A stretch of 62,985 nt of DNA, the filler included, from Rhabdomonas costata (Eukaryota): NCBI GenBank assembly GCA_019059605.1. It is 57 parts of 57 records of this genome, joined end to end, with 100 filler letters (N's around TTAATTAATTAA, not from the genome) between each part and the next. Parts side by side here need not be neighbours in the genome. Positions count along the whole stretch, not along the records: positions 22,136 to 23,142 come from JAHMHO010033967.1; positions 23,243 to 24,249 come from JAHMHO010033968.1; positions 24,350 to 25,355 come from JAHMHO010033969.1; positions 25,456 to 26,462 come from JAHMHO010033971.1; positions 26,563 to 27,569 come from JAHMHO010033972.1; positions 27,670 to 28,676 come from JAHMHO010033973.1; positions 28,777 to 29,783 come from JAHMHO010033974.1; positions 29,884 to 30,906 come from JAHMHO010033975.1; 49 more parts are not named here. The stretch is one strand, 5' to 3'. Of the stretch, positions 22,922-36,600 are shown in pieces. Made by a program: the position numbers and the translations under genes. Under the pieces are notes generated by a model that saw nothing but the letters and a program-made list of their open reading frames with translations, had not been told where the DNA came from and did not search any database. The number at the start of each line of letters is the position of its first letter. Positions within the stretch are counted from its first letter, which is position 1.

Positions 22922-25900
22922 GTATGCGCGAAGGTGGGACCTGATGAAGGCATGACGCTAATGGTTTTCCGTGGATTGAGCTGGACCTGGACGAGCGCGT
23001 CACACTCTCGTCTTTACGTAATGTAACGTAATGTTTTGCTGGCGAGCACTGCTCATCTCGTTCCTGTCGCAACACTGTTGAGCAGACCAGAACTCAGCAA
23101 TCACCTGAGTACGGAATATCGTGTTCACTTGACCCAAAACCCNNNNNNNNNNNNNNNNNNNNNNNNNNNNNNNNNNNNNNNNNNNNTTAATTAATTAANN
23201 NNNNNNNNNNNNNNNNNNNNNNNNNNNNNNNNNNNNNNNNNNTGTTGGGGGGGTCTAATCGACGGCTTCTTGCGTTGTGCGTTTTCACTCCCTCCCTCTC
23301 CCTCCCTACCCGCTGTGCTGTGCAGGACTGCTCGACGATGACCCAGACCACGTTCAAGGCGATCATCGCGTCCGTCATTGGGGTCTCCCCGGCGGTGTGT
23401 TCATCGTGCACGGCTTAGAACTTTTGTTGTCCTGTTGCGAGGGCCCTGCCTCACCTGCTCCAAGCGGTAGGGACTACTTGGTGGGTGTCATTGCCTCTGA
23501 AGTGTCAGTATTGCTTTACTGTGGTGTTACGGTTAAGTTTGTTAAATGTCCCCCCTATAGGCCCCCTATAGGGGGCGGTACACTTGTCACCGAGTTGAGT
23601 TTATTTGGGTTATGAGGGGACGAGGCACGTGTTCTAGCAGCTACCCTTTTTGCTTTTTGCAATGCTATGAATTTTTCATAGCGGTGATCGAACCCTATGA
23701 AATTCATTTAAGGGAAATTTTTTAGATCACCGCTATAAAGAAGGGTGGGGCCTTCTAACAAACCAAGCCCTGGTGTTATGAAACGGAGGTGGTGACAGAC
23801 CCAAGCCAAATGACAGGCCTTTCTTCGGAATTGCTTCCGTGGGTCCTCTGCCTTTGACTGGAGATTTTGCGAACCATCTTGTGATCTAGTGAGGGGCGGG
23901 TTCCACCAGACCCCCCCCCTCTCTTTCGCGGTGATATAAAAATATTTTGCAATGTAAACGGCACAAAAGCAGTACAGCAGCAGCAGCAGCGGCGGCGGCG
24001 GCAAACATTAGCAAAAAAAATTGCACACTTTTTTAGGTCTTGGTATTTGGGTTTCTAGTGGTGATGGATGGTTGAGCGTAGCGGCCATCCATCACGTAGG
24101 GGCCCCAGTCCCCGCGTATACCGTTACTATACCATACGTATACCATATATACCATACGTCAACCCTACGTGACAGTCCTGGAGGTAAGGACGGAGCAGTT
24201 CTTGCCGAGTAGAAAGACTCTGTGCAAAAATTTAGCCCCAACCAACAACNNNNNNNNNNNNNNNNNNNNNNNNNNNNNNNNNNNNNNNNNNNNTTAATTA
24301 ATTAANNNNNNNNNNNNNNNNNNNNNNNNNNNNNNNNNNNNNNNNNNNNTGTGTTGGGTGGGTGGAGTGCCAGGAAAAGGCTAACCAGGGCGAGAGAAGT
24401 CTCGGCCAGTCCTACAACGAGGCGGGCCTGGGGAATGGCAACGGAGCGCGGGCGCAGCGAAGCGCTGAAACCACCCCGCCGCCCCGCCAGGGGCGTGGAG
24501 AGGGCCCACAGCAGCGCAACACGAGAAGCTCGCATTGGGAAGTGGAAAGTCAGATGAGGCCGGTTTAGCTGGGTTGGGTTGGGAGGGCTGGGAAGGAAAA
24601 GGACCGCTGCAAAACAACAAAAAGACTGCGGGAAGTGGGTGGTGAAAAGAGAACACGCAAGCATGAAAGGGCCGTGTTGCCCTCCACCCTCCCTTTCTGC
24701 CTGCATTCGCGTTTTTCAGGCAAGCGCTAAACTGCGGAAACGATTTGGTCAGCTTGAGGGCTTAACAGCTAAAAGGCAGATTTTTGATCAAAGAAAGGGT
24801 GGTGCGTGAAAAGTTTCAACGAATAACTCTTTTCAGGGATTCCTTTTTTTATAATTATAATTATTATTTATTATTATTGGCCCGAAAAATCTTATACAAG
24901 TTTCATACAATTTTTAGCAGTTCTTTTTGTTTCTGCAATTTCTCCTCGTGTCCAAACCCGGCGAAAAGCACGGAAAGCATAGTTTTGTTAAACCATAAAT
25001 TCCACATTTAGTAGGGCGCACAGCCACCAAATTCAGAAATTCGGATCAGAAAAGCAAGCTTCGCTGTGACCGACATGAAAAGAGGTCCGGTGCCAGTTTA
25101 CCAAAGTGAGGTGCCCGGGAAAAGTGCCCCCCGGTGGTGTATAATGTCATATTATCGCGTTCTGGCATGTCTACAAATAAATTTGACTCTTCCCATCATT
25201 TTTTTGAAGCAAGACGGTTCACAACATTCTGAAACCGAAACCTTCGTCGGGTACCTCCACACGACCGGAGCCGATAATATTACCGAAACTCCGTGTTTTA
25301 GCAATTCTTTGCAGTTTACAACTGCCGAAAAGAAACTTCATCCCACCCCACCACCNNNNNNNNNNNNNNNNNNNNNNNNNNNNNNNNNNNNNNNNNNNNT
25401 TAATTAATTAANNNNNNNNNNNNNNNNNNNNNNNNNNNNNNNNNNNNNNNNNNNNGGGTTGTTGGTTTCCTCCTTCCCCCTTTCCCGGTGTTCACTTCAA
25501 TTGTTATGAGATTTTTGGTGCTGGGTTTTTGTACGAACTAGGGACCATTGTGTTTGTGCTCGAGTTTTTTGTGGGTGTGCGATGATGATGATGAAAGGAA
25601 GCAAGAATAGCACGAATAGGGTAAACGGGGACGTGGTATTTCGTGTTGGTTTGGCTGAACAGAGCCCATTTGAATCTTCTTCGGTGGAGTCTTCTTCGGA
25701 AAAAATCCTCAATACTGATCATATCCGATGAAAATTGGATCAGCAGTACTGTCCCCTTACCCTGCGGTTTGGGTGTCCACGTGCGTGCCTTTTCGTCCGA
25801 GGATCACCTCTTCGGGCAGCGTGACCTCCTCAGTTGCCTGTCGCCCATGCGGCGCGGACTCGCCGTTCCCCCCGCAGCTGTTGGGGCAACACTGTTTCAA

Positions 25901-26308
25901 CGAGCGGAAAGGGATCCGAAGGCCGCACAGAACCCACGGCGTGGCTCACGGTGTGGCGCGCATAATGTTATGGAAGAGTTTTCCGCTTGACACCCGACGC
26001 ATCTGGGTGGGAATGCAATGTCAACCTCACAAGCGAAACCAGACAGCCGCCGCCGAGCCAGAGACCAGAGCCATAGATCCGAGATGCAAAGCACGATCTC
26101 TCATGAACAAGTGACACTGAGGGCTTACTCCAAATGGCCCCCGACCAGAATGACAGAGAAACTAGCCCATGCATCAAGAGAACGGCTGCACAAACTACAA
26201 AAGACACCGGCAATCTCATAGCCGGGCTCCACCCTGAAATCCAAGGCAGGAGGCATCACACAAGTGAACCAGCGCAAGAGTTGATTGGATCGAGACAGGA
26301 ACGACAGC

Positions 26309-26454
26309 GAAGGGACGCGATACCCACGGAACCAGCAACCCAGTAATGCCCAACCTGAGAGTGAACTCCAACAGCACTCCAACAGGTGTGCCTGATGAAG
26401 GGACGCGATACCCACGGAACCAGCAACCCAGTAATGCCCAACCTGAGAGTGAAC
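26309..26454. repeat. 58-bp perfect direct repeat (26309-26366, 26397-26454)
   Basis: Seen directly; the outer copy abuts the contig end, so it may be an amplification chimera. Confidence 0.8.
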
Positions 26455-27679
26455 CCCCCCACNNNNNNNNNNNNNNNNNNNNNNNNNNNNNNNNNNNNNN
26501 NNNNNNTTAATTAATTAANNNNNNNNNNNNNNNNNNNNNNNNNNNNNNNNNNNNNNNNNNNNGTGGGGTGGTACTACTTACCTTTGTATTATGCTGCACA
26601 TTTCGTCACTGCAAAGGGCCCTGGTTGAAACTCAATGACTGAAGTTACGAAGTTTACGAAAGAAAACTTCAGTGCAGCGGTTTTGATTGATGATGCAAAC
26701 CTTGAATGAGAAAAACCTAAATTTTGAGTATCAGTGACGTTTCCAGTTTGCAGTGACGAAATGTGCAGCATAATACAAAGGTAAGTAGTTCCACCACACA
26801 GAAAACCGGGCCGGAGATGAAAGCGAACAACGAGAAGTACAAGCAAAGCGACAACGGTCGTGTCCGGGAAATCCAGGCGGTCAGTTTCTTTCCTCTACGC
26901 TGCCCGCAAACACAGACAGGTTCAGCGCTTCTTGGAGCTTTTCCCAGCAGAGACCGAAACTACTGGGTATAGCTCTCTGGCTTCAAGGACCTGCAGAAAA
27001 GGATGCAAAAAAAAACGTGGCACACATGTCATCGCCATGAACCTTGAAATAACAATTTGAAACATGAGCACCAGTAGGACCACAATGCCCACCGAGAACA
27101 TGAACCTGAGTGAAGATGTGACGAGGTCAAAAAAGGGAAAATGGAAATATTTTGTTTTCAGGCGCAAAAGAAAGAAAAAGAAAGAAAGAAACAGAGAGGA
27201 AACCCTGAGGTCATGCAGACGCGGTGGACCAGAAAAGCGCTGAACTGACTTCCCATAAACGCAAGTCCAACTGAGCAAAACAACAACAGGAAAAAGGTGA
27301 CAGAGCAGCTCGAATGAGTTGAAACAACACCCAAAGGAAAATTAGACCTTCAAACCACTTTGTCTGCGAAAGAGGGCCGAACAGCAATTCTTTTATGCTT
27401 CCGATGGACTGAATATAAAAGAAATGCAAATGATTATGAATAACACCACAACTGCACCGTACATTTCAAGCGCAAAAGGGCATACGCAGAGAAGAAAGAA
27501 GAAGATCAGGCCGGTAAGGAAGCCCCCAAAAACAGTGAGTGGCCGAGTAGCAGCAATGGTGTCACCAAANNNNNNNNNNNNNNNNNNNNNNNNNNNNNNN
27601 NNNNNNNNNNNNNTTAATTAATTAANNNNNNNNNNNNNNNNNNNNNNNNNNNNNNNNNNNNNNNNNNNNGGTTGTTGTT

Positions 27680-28340
27680 GCTTGGGTGCCGAGGGAGTGG
27701 TGTCGGATGCCGCCTTGGAGTCCGCCTCTGCAGCCAGCGTGGCTAAATTGAGGAATATAGAAACAGGGAACGGTAGTTCCGATGGATAGGAAATGCGAAA
27801 GGAGATGGAGAGTTTCAAGGTTGAGGTTTCACTCCAATGATGAGGTGCCGTTTCTGTTCGGTGACAGAGCTAAACCTGACAGAGTCTTAGACTGCCAGCT
27901 TATCCGCGTCATTTAAAAAGAGAACCCATATACAAGCCCCCTGTCGTCATGACCAAGGCGCACATTAAGGACCAACGGGAAGGCATAACCCTCCACTCAA
28001 CGATGCGACGGGTTTCCTCACCGGACCCTCACACGGCCTCATCCACAAAGGGATAAGAAAACATATACACACTTGCACAGCTCAGCAATCGCAACGAAGC
28101 GACGGCGAAAGCTAGCATACCGAGTTCCCAGGCTCCGACCGGAGACCCTCCCGATTACAGCCGATAGATAACCAAATACAAACTCGCACACACAAGCGAA
28201 CGCGCACCCTCGCCCGCGGCTGGGCTAGCCTGGCCCTTGCCCTTCTTCTTCTTGCTGGGCTTCTTTTTCACCACCTCGGCCTTACCCTTCTGGGGCACCA
28301 GAGTCGGCGTCTCAAGAACGTCATCCAAAGTTTCCACCAT
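27680..28340 (-). CDS. N-terminal exons (28208-28340, about 27680-27742) of a Lys-rich low-complexity protein
   Basis: MVETLDDVLETPTLVPQKGKAEVVKKKPSKKKKGKG...|ATLAAEADSKAASD; the phase-1 GT-AG junction is consistent. Confidence 0.55.
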
Positions 28341-28826
28341 TGCCTACACTTACTCACGAGGAAGACACTGACAGAGAGGAAAGGGACCGGAGCAGCTCGA
28401 AAACCAAGAAGTGCAGGAGTGTGGAGCTAATGGACAGAAACTTCAGCTTTGACTGAATTGCTGAGAAAACGAAAAAGAAAAAAAAGGAAAAAGAAGGAGA
28501 GAGTGCCTCGCACTCAGACGACAGGGAAAATGTGGAGAGAAAATATTCCTAGAAACAAAAAGAGGACCTGCGGGTTGGGAGAAACCACCAATTAGGCCAA
28601 AACAACGAACTGCTTCAAAGAAAGCTTAGAGCCCTCCAGGGGACCATCCACAACAACACTAAACTCTCCCAATACANNNNNNNNNNNNNNNNNNNNNNNN
28701 NNNNNNNNNNNNNNNNNNNNTTAATTAATTAANNNNNNNNNNNNNNNNNNNNNNNNNNNNNNNNNNNNNNNNNNNNGTTTGTTTGTTTTGAGATTTGTCA
28801 TGTCTTTTTTTTAATGTTGCTTTCAG

Positions 28827-29673
28827 CCTGTCTGCCCGGCATCGGTGATACCTGTGCTGATCCTGCTCTCACTTTCGTTGGAGGTGGTCGCAGGCTACTT
28901 CATGAAGTTCCTGTTGTGGTGGTATCGTTTGTGCGGAGGAGCTGGAGAGCCTTTGCGAGAAACTTTTTCAACCTTCCCATCGCTACCCATGGCGAAGTTA
29001 CTGTGGGAGTCTTCGCTTTCGTTCTTTCAGTGGCGTGATGGGATGGGAATGGGAGATGGGTGCGTTTTGAAGGGGATTCGGTGCTTGGAGAATATCATTT
29101 GCTCTTTCACAAGGTTTATTCGCAAATTTCTCCCCTCAGTTTTTTGTTTACGTAAATTGCACACCACAGCACATCAAAAGTGAGAACTTTTTTCATGTTT
29201 CCGAAATATTGTTTCAGCTCAGTTTTCATTCTTCGACTTCGCTATTAAGTCCGAACTGCTCTCTTTTAACAGACATATGTCACGTTAAGCAACAATATTT
29301 GGTTGAGTTTCTGGAAAGTTGGGAATCCTGATATCACCCGTCTGTGGTGCAGATCTGCAGTGGGGGCTGGAGATGATGACAATTTTGGGGTAATGTGGTT
29401 ACCTAAGTTAAGAGAGCACAGACAAGCATACTTGCATCGATTTTCTCACGCATACCATCGGTATCGTTCCCTCAATTCACGGCGTTTGCTTTCTTTCGCA
29501 GCTTCTACAACTTCCTGTGGGACTGGCAAGTTCAGTTTACCATGGGATGCATCCTGGTGACCCTCTACGCCCTGTACCTGCACCAGTCTGCTGTGGCAGC
29601 ATACGAGCACTGGACCTTGGCCAACTCCACCCGGGTTGTCATGGGCGGGGATGAGGACCTTCCAGCACCCTAA
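28827..29673 (+). CDS. Membrane protein, last two exons (terminal exon 29502-29673)
   Basis: Hydrophobic segments VIPVLILLSLSLEVVAGYFMKFLLW and FTMGCILVTLYALYLHQ, ending in TAA; the upstream donor is ambiguous (GT or GC, both phase 2). Confidence 0.5.
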
Positions 29674-29883
29674 GCAGAGTGTGGGAGGGGCTTCTTCGTT
29701 GCATCCCACGTAGTAGTATCATGTCATAGAATGGTAGATGGGCGCTTGGTGTAAATATAGATCCATCTTTCCATGGATAGATGNNNNNNNNNNNNNNNNN
29801 NNNNNNNNNNNNNNNNNNNNNNNNNNNTTAATTAATTAANNNNNNNNNNNNNNNNNNNNNNNNNNNNNNNNNNNNNNNNNNNN

Positions 29884-29930
<47 letters not shown>
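29884..29930. repeat. (TG)n microsatellite
   Basis: Uninterrupted TG run at the contig start. Confidence 0.95.
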
Positions 29931-29931
<1 letters not shown>

Positions 29932-30289
29932 TGGACAGTATCTTTATTTAGGCGCGTTCTGCCCCCTCCATAACTTGAGTTGAACTTGCTTAAGTCTGCG
30001 GTGATTGAGAGCTGGTAGTGCGACCTAAAGCTAAATTTTAAAATAGCCAAAAAGTGGCAGATCATTGCAAAGAATGACCTGCATCGCAGTATTAATTTCA
30101 AGAAGTTTTTATGGCTCGTCGGCTGCCCATACCGCATCTAAATCGGCTGGGATTCGAATCCAGATGGCAAACAAACACTCATCATCATCATCATCATCAT
30201 CACCACTTATACTTAGCGGCAGATGCACCATCACCCCTTCTGCCGTCATGCGCAGGTGGGAAAGGGCCCCTTCCTCACATCAGCATCTT

Positions 30290-30620
30290 GCACGTAGGGC
30301 ATGTAGGGCATGACCGTAGTAGGATGTTAGGATGACGGGTCGTCCTTGGCGGGCTCCACTTTGCATCATTCTGCCATCGGGGTTCAGTACGAAGGCATGG
30401 GTCACAGCGTGGGTCATGCCGTAGTAGGGGTATTACATCAGCATCTTGGCACCGCAGGTAGTAATGTCCACTCTATCCCCTCACGTTGGGATTTCTCACA
30501 CCCTCTAGGTTGGAATCTCTCTTCTTTGCAAGCGGTGTAGGCGTAAGGTGGGTCATTTCTACGCTGGGTTGGTAGCATCATGACACCAGCCCTCATGGTG
30601 GTAGGTTCACATCCATAACC
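30290..30620. repeat. Degenerate CAT/ATG-rich repeat family, copy 1
   Basis: GAAGGCATGGGTCAC...GTGGGTCATGCCGTAGTAGG (about 30391-30428) matches about 62284-62320. Confidence 0.55.
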
Positions 30621-32427
30621 AGCATAACCAGCATGTCGGTCTCGGCGACCTCCGCTTTGGCACTTGTACCATCAGGGCTACCCCCTGCGACCACAGAGCT
30701 ATAGGACCCTCCGTGCGAGCACCCAGGCTGCGTCTTAGGTTAGGGGCAGCATTTCTTTTCTTTCCATCATCCCTCTCCTTCACGTGTGTGTTTCCTTTCT
30801 GTCTTTACATCGTTCAAACATACACAAACACGAACAAACAGACACAACTGTCCCTAAGTCAAAGAATATGACCACTAGATGGGTTTACATGGAGGGACCA
30901 ACAACANNNNNNNNNNNNNNNNNNNNNNNNNNNNNNNNNNNNNNNNNNNNTTAATTAATTAANNNNNNNNNNNNNNNNNNNNNNNNNNNNNNNNNNNNNN
31001 NNNNNNGATCCCCCTGCGGACCAAGATCAAAGTTCTGGCAGATTGTCAAGGAACACACAGAGAGAAATATAGAGAAGAAAGTGAGACTGTGCAGGCGGGC
31101 ACAGGGTACCCGGCGCAGGGGATTGTGGGCCGCCACGGAGGGCAGGACGTTCTCCCCGCGAAGCCGGAGCCCGTCGCCCACGCTGTGCCGTCGGTTGGCC
31201 AGCGCTCGCGCCGCCGCAGAGCTGCTCTCCGCAGAGACCTAAAGCGTTTACGACCAAAGTAGTGGCGCAATCATAAGAAACAATCAAAGCACAACCTCCA
31301 AACTGGCCAACCACAAAAGCTACCAACCAATCACCCAAATAGCCACAAAACATTCTCACCGGAAGGGGGGGGGAAGCTCGCCACCATCCGCCAAAATGCT
31401 TCGAAATGTTTCAGGGTAAATATTTCCCATTACCTGAATCTTGCCAACATGAAGCGGGTGACATATCTTGGGTTGTGGGCGACGTTACCTCGGGGGGTAC
31501 ACCATCAGTGACATGACTCGATCAGCTTTGTGGCCCTAAGGCGCTATCGTGATTAGAATAAAGCAAGCAATAGTGGAGTAGAAGAAGAAAAACTAATTAG
31601 AACAATCCTCACCCACCCGCAACTTAATTCCAAAGAAAGGCGTTTTGAGATGAATATTCTGACCGCAACAACCCCTCTTGGTGGACACCGTTTTGCTGCA
31701 GTTAGGGATGACCGTAAACCTACAAAATGTTCCCCTTGGCGTTTTTTCTCACAGCCTCGCCACAGCCATTACGCACACGCTTTTTACACAACGCACAAGG
31801 CACAAGTTCATGGAGTTGGAGTTTCTCCTCCAGGCTAATCGATTCCTGTGCCTCCGTGGCTGCTGTTTTGGAGGGAAGGACCACCCCTTGCTCTTTTTCC
31901 GGGCGACGTTTCGGAGGTAACTCCTTGTCCGCTGGCTTTTTTCTGCTATCCTCCTGGGATACACACAAATACACGCACAAAAATAAGCACATGAGAATAA
32001 AAGCACAACACCCNNNNNNNNNNNNNNNNNNNNNNNNNNNNNNNNNNNNNNNNNNNNTTAATTAATTAANNNNNNNNNNNNNNNNNNNNNNNNNNNNNNN
32101 NNNNNNNNNNNNNTGTGGTTGTGCCCGAAGTGCCGGTGGTGGCTAAGCTCTTCGCGGCTCTGTGGTGTCTGCTACGTCCTATCGTGGTGACTGGGGAATT
32201 GACCTGAAGAGGTTGGCCGGTCGCAGTCCATGCGCACCCCAAACCTGACACAACAGCACTACTAGTGTCCCGGAGGTGGAGGCCGAACCTCACGTCGCTC
32301 ATGGTCTTGGACGCAGCCGTAATTCAAACCGATAAATGCACGTCCCACGGGCCAGCAAGGCCACACCCAATGCAGAGATGGCGGAGTGGGGTGAAGGGCA
32401 GGGCAAGAAAAAGGGCTGTCCCGCTAC

Positions 32428-32959
32428 CTCTGCTCGGCCATTGTCCCCTGCGAGCATCAGAGCAGTCCACCCTTCGTCGTCTTGAGCATCGATCTCCGCG
32501 CCTCCTTTGACTAAATTCACACAGACCTGTGAACGGGGCAAGAAAATGATATGGAAATTAGTTTGAATGCGCTTTCTAGATAAAAAATATATATGGCCTG
32601 TGCCAGGTCAAGTGAGAGGCGAAAAAACGCAGGCAGGCACACCCAGACATCTGAAAAACATCCGTAACACCACACTTTGGCGCTTTGAACGTAAACAGAA
32701 GCAATTCAACAGTTGAGGTTGACGGAAGACATTTTACTGTCCTAAACCCCTCTGTAGGTCCAAACCTGACTTTTTGCTAACTTTTCTCAAATCTGACGTT
32801 TGGGGTGGCACGGGCAATACAATTACAAAATTCTGTGCAAAGCTCAACCCACGCACACACCTCAGTGAGGCCCTTCGCCGCGGAAAACATTAAAATGGTA
32901 CGCCTATCGCAGGCCTTCAGGCTGAGGCTGGCGCCCAGTTCCACCAGAGCAGTGACAGT
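32428..32959 (-). CDS. Ankyrin-repeat protein; exons 32861-32959 and 32428-32526
   Basis: TVTALVELGASLSLKACDRRTILMFSAAKGLTE|VCVNLVKGGAEIDAQDDEGWTALMLAGDNGRAE fits the ANK consensus. Confidence 0.9.
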
Positions 32960-33567
32960 CTGGAGAAACCGAAAAAGGAGAGATATCATAAAACCACAGG
33001 AATGAAAACCGCCCCATGCAAGGCACATCACATCCAAAACAAAACAAACGAAAGGCCAGGTTCCCGACAAACAGAAAAGCGCGTGGGAAAAATGCGCCGC
33101 CCCCGCCCTGTCCCCCCNNNNNNNNNNNNNNNNNNNNNNNNNNNNNNNNNNNNNNNNNNNNTTAATTAATTAANNNNNNNNNNNNNNNNNNNNNNNNNNN
33201 NNNNNNNNNNNNNNNNNGGTTGTGGGGAAGGGGTGATGGGGGGCAGCTTCAACCAGGGAATTGGCGAAAGCAGGTTAGACTCTTTGGAAATTATTGCCAA
33301 GTAAGCGGTTCACCACTTACACCGCTTAGCGTTTTGGCAGCTCAATTGCAATCACCGCACCCCCTTTAATACAACACTCTCAAACCTTTTGACGCGGGCG
33401 GTCCCTTTCCATCGCTTCTCACAGCTCTCGCTGCCGCAGCTGCGCGGTTGCGTGCTTCCCTCCAAAGGAGACCTCACCTACCTTCCGCCATTTTCAGTTT
33501 CAACTTTCGTCTAGTAGTAGTAGTGAGGGGGCTCGTATTAGGCCCGAATCTTGACCCGCTCTCCGCA

Positions 33568-33669
33568 ATGGCGAAGCCGAGCAGCTCCTCTCCTTCCACC
33601 CCTGCGGAGCTGCGGCACCCGCTCCTGTGTGGGACCTATGAGGGCAGCTTGCTGGGCTGGACCTTCCAG
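33568..33669 (+). CDS. First exon, Mak11/PAK1IP1-like WD40 protein (tentative)
   Basis: LLCGTYEGSLLGW resembles the N-terminal hhhG(T/S/C)YE..L.G motif; probable donor CAG|gcaatg. Confidence 0.5.
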
Positions 33670-36600
33670 GCAATGCCCGCTTTCGTTGCGCCGTCACGCA
33701 CTCGCGAACACACCCACCCACCCACACCAAGGTCTCTCCTTGCGTCCCGTTTTCCAAGGCAGCCGTGTGATTGATTAAGGTTGCTGCATTTCTGATATCC
33801 TTCGATGAGGGAATGGAAGGGTGATATTGTATGAGCACGTACCCGAAACCAAAAGGAAAAAAGTTCAGTATGTTTGCAAACTAACTGCTCGTCATCATCC
33901 CGTACTCGTCAAAAGAAAGTATCTCACAAAAAATTGCCGCATCAAGGAGACTCAAAGTTTTCGGAAACAGGCTGAAATACATGAGAACTAAGCGAATCGT
34001 GAAGGTTGTGTGTGCCTTTTGAACCTCCTACAAAAAAAAGAGAAACCCACAGAGAAACCCACAGAATCATCACAAATTTGGACCAACTCCAAGCGTGCCT
34101 AAAGCGATTTTCTCCAGCAGTTTGCCCACATTTGCTTGGTGGGGGGGAAGGAAAGAGGCGTGTAGGTCGCATGTCGTGTAGGCTGAACACCCTCCGCCCT
34201 GCGTGGGTCGGGGGAATAGANNNNNNNNNNNNNNNNNNNNNNNNNNNNNNNNNNNNNNNNNNNNTTAATTAATTAANNNNNNNNNNNNNNNNNNNNNNNN
34301 NNNNNNNNNNNNNNNNNNNNTGTGTTTGTTACTTTTTTTGTGAGCATTGCTACTGTCGAGGGAACAGTCCTGCTGACTCGGTAAAGAAACGAGCGGAAAA
34401 ATTAGCAGGAGGAAAACACAGCAGGAGGAGCAGGACTGTTTCTGATTGATAACTCATGAACGGAGTTCTTAAAGGGGTGGCCCATTGCTTTGCCGATGTT
34501 TGAAAACTCGAATCGAAACTGGGGTTTGGTGGCACCCAGCTTAAACGCAGGTTTTTTCGTGACGTTTTTGTTCATGCAGTTCATTATTCGGTTGACGGCG
34601 AATCGACTGTATTCAACTCTGCAGCATGAACAGGTGCTGTTTTCCTTACAGTGCATTTTCTCCGAAGTTTCCCTTCTCTCTTGTGGGAGTGGTGCGAGCG
34701 GAAGCATACTACCAGCAGGGCTTGCTCGCACAAACGGGTGCCATGTGTTCCGGCAAACAGTGCAATAAGTTACACGTAGGTGCAAAGGCTGAGAGGGGTA
34801 TCAGGGGGTGTGGGAGTGGACGTTTTTGGGAGAGGTAGGGAGGATGCGAATTGCGGCAAAGAGAAGGCATGATTCGGGCAGGGATTTGGCCGGGGACGGC
34901 AGGGCGCTGCTTCTGCCGGAAGGAAGGAAGGTATGTTTGGAGTGCTGACGTGTACGGAGGCCGACAGGTTGCGGGAAAAGCAACGGCGGTGATAAAGGAT
35001 GAAGTGGAACACAAAACAAGTGGGAACAAAACACAAGGCACTCGCAGAACGCAGAACATCTTGCAAGTCCATCACGGGGGCGGGGGGGTTCGGCAACCCC
35101 CTCAGCCTCTGTTCGTCCAGGGTGATGGAGAGTACCGCCCAAGACTGCGAGTCGCAACACACCCTTTTGGTAAGAGAGCCCGTCAGCTGATGACGAGCAC
35201 CACACAACACAGGAAACAACTCCCAAAGAGAAGAGTATCAAAGTCAAAGAGGCCAAGAGCATTGGGATCGTGAGTTCAACACGACAACCAGGGGGAAAGA
35301 CTCTACGGATCCTATAGCCACCACACANNNNNNNNNNNNNNNNNNNNNNNNNNNNNNNNNNNNNNNNNNNNTTAATTAATTAANNNNNNNNNNNNNNNNN
35401 NNNNNNNNNNNNNNNNNNNNNNNNNNNTTTGTGTGTGTATTCATGGCCTGCTTGAAATGAGCAGGCAGAAACCCGACCTCCGCATCACGCATGCACAAGC
35501 AGGCCATGAATACACATATGGCCATATCACGCACACACGACAGTGTTCTTTGCAAGCGAGTGGCATGGGAAGCAGGCAGAATTCATGTACACTGGGGCAC
35601 CAGCGGAACAACGAAGGGACTCAACGCATGAAGGACGTGTGTCAACCTCCCTCCTGCACACACCGGCAGGGAGGAAGCCGGACTGCACGCGAGGCAGGAC
35701 ACGAACAGAGGCCGGTCTGGGGAGCACGTGGCCAGCGGAAGCAGGGTGCTGTGCCCCAGGGCCCCCGCTGCCCGGGTGGAGCCACACGCCCCGCGGGGGG
35801 AGAGCCCGCCTCCCACGGCCGGAAGGGAGGCCTGGCACAGCTCATGCAGGACGACACCCATCTCGCACAGCCCATGGGCTTCCCCTGAGGGATCCTCTTG
35901 GAGCGTGAGTCCTATGAAAGCAGAGAGGAAACCCACACATGGTTGGCCGCTCGAAAGCCACAGTAGGCGGCACCATCGGCACCCTCACAGTCGTCACCTT
36001 TCTGCGCTGCTGGTGCATTTTCCTTATGTGCAGGAAACGATGGCTGCTTTCTAATTGGGGTATAGTTTTTTAGATGTGGGTGATTGCGCGTAAAGCATGA
36101 GCACCGTCCACTTCCTGATTCTGTTGAAGGGCATCGAGCTGGGCCTTCGAGATGTTCAGCTGTGGAACCGGCTCGGCTCACATCCTTTAATTTTGTTATT
36201 TTCGAAAATGAACAATTTGTGCACAAAGCCTTCAAAGCACATCAGTGCGTGGGCCGGAAACCTGCAGAAGTATCCCAGTAATAAGGACGGACAACCGCTG
36301 GCTTGCTGGTGAGGATGCCAGGAGACAATGCACAATGGTCCCCAAAAGGACAAATCTCGCAAGAGCGGTGGAAGTGGATGCGAGTGCAGAAGCACTTTGG
36401 GGACCATTGTGCATTGTCTCCTGGCAACCCCACANNNNNNNNNNNNNNNNNNNNNNNNNNNNNNNNNNNNNNNNNNNNTTAATTAATTAANNNNNNNNNN
36501 NNNNNNNNNNNNNNNNNNNNNNNNNNNNNNNNNNTCAGCTCCGCTCCCCGCACAGAGTAGTTTTCAGCGGTAAGGAGGTTGACGAGGGAGCCAAATTTCC

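Noticed and set aside
25980..26300. Possible MULE/FAR1-like transposase remnant
   Set aside because: Only a vague CKAR-like word in stop-interrupted frames; not supportable.
26309..26454. 58-bp direct repeats with a 30-nt spacer as a mini-CRISPR
   Set aside because: Only two units, too long, eukaryotic context, no cas genes, and at a contig end (possible chimera).
36316..36426. 31-bp inverted repeat
   Set aside because: Terminal fold-back at the contig end.
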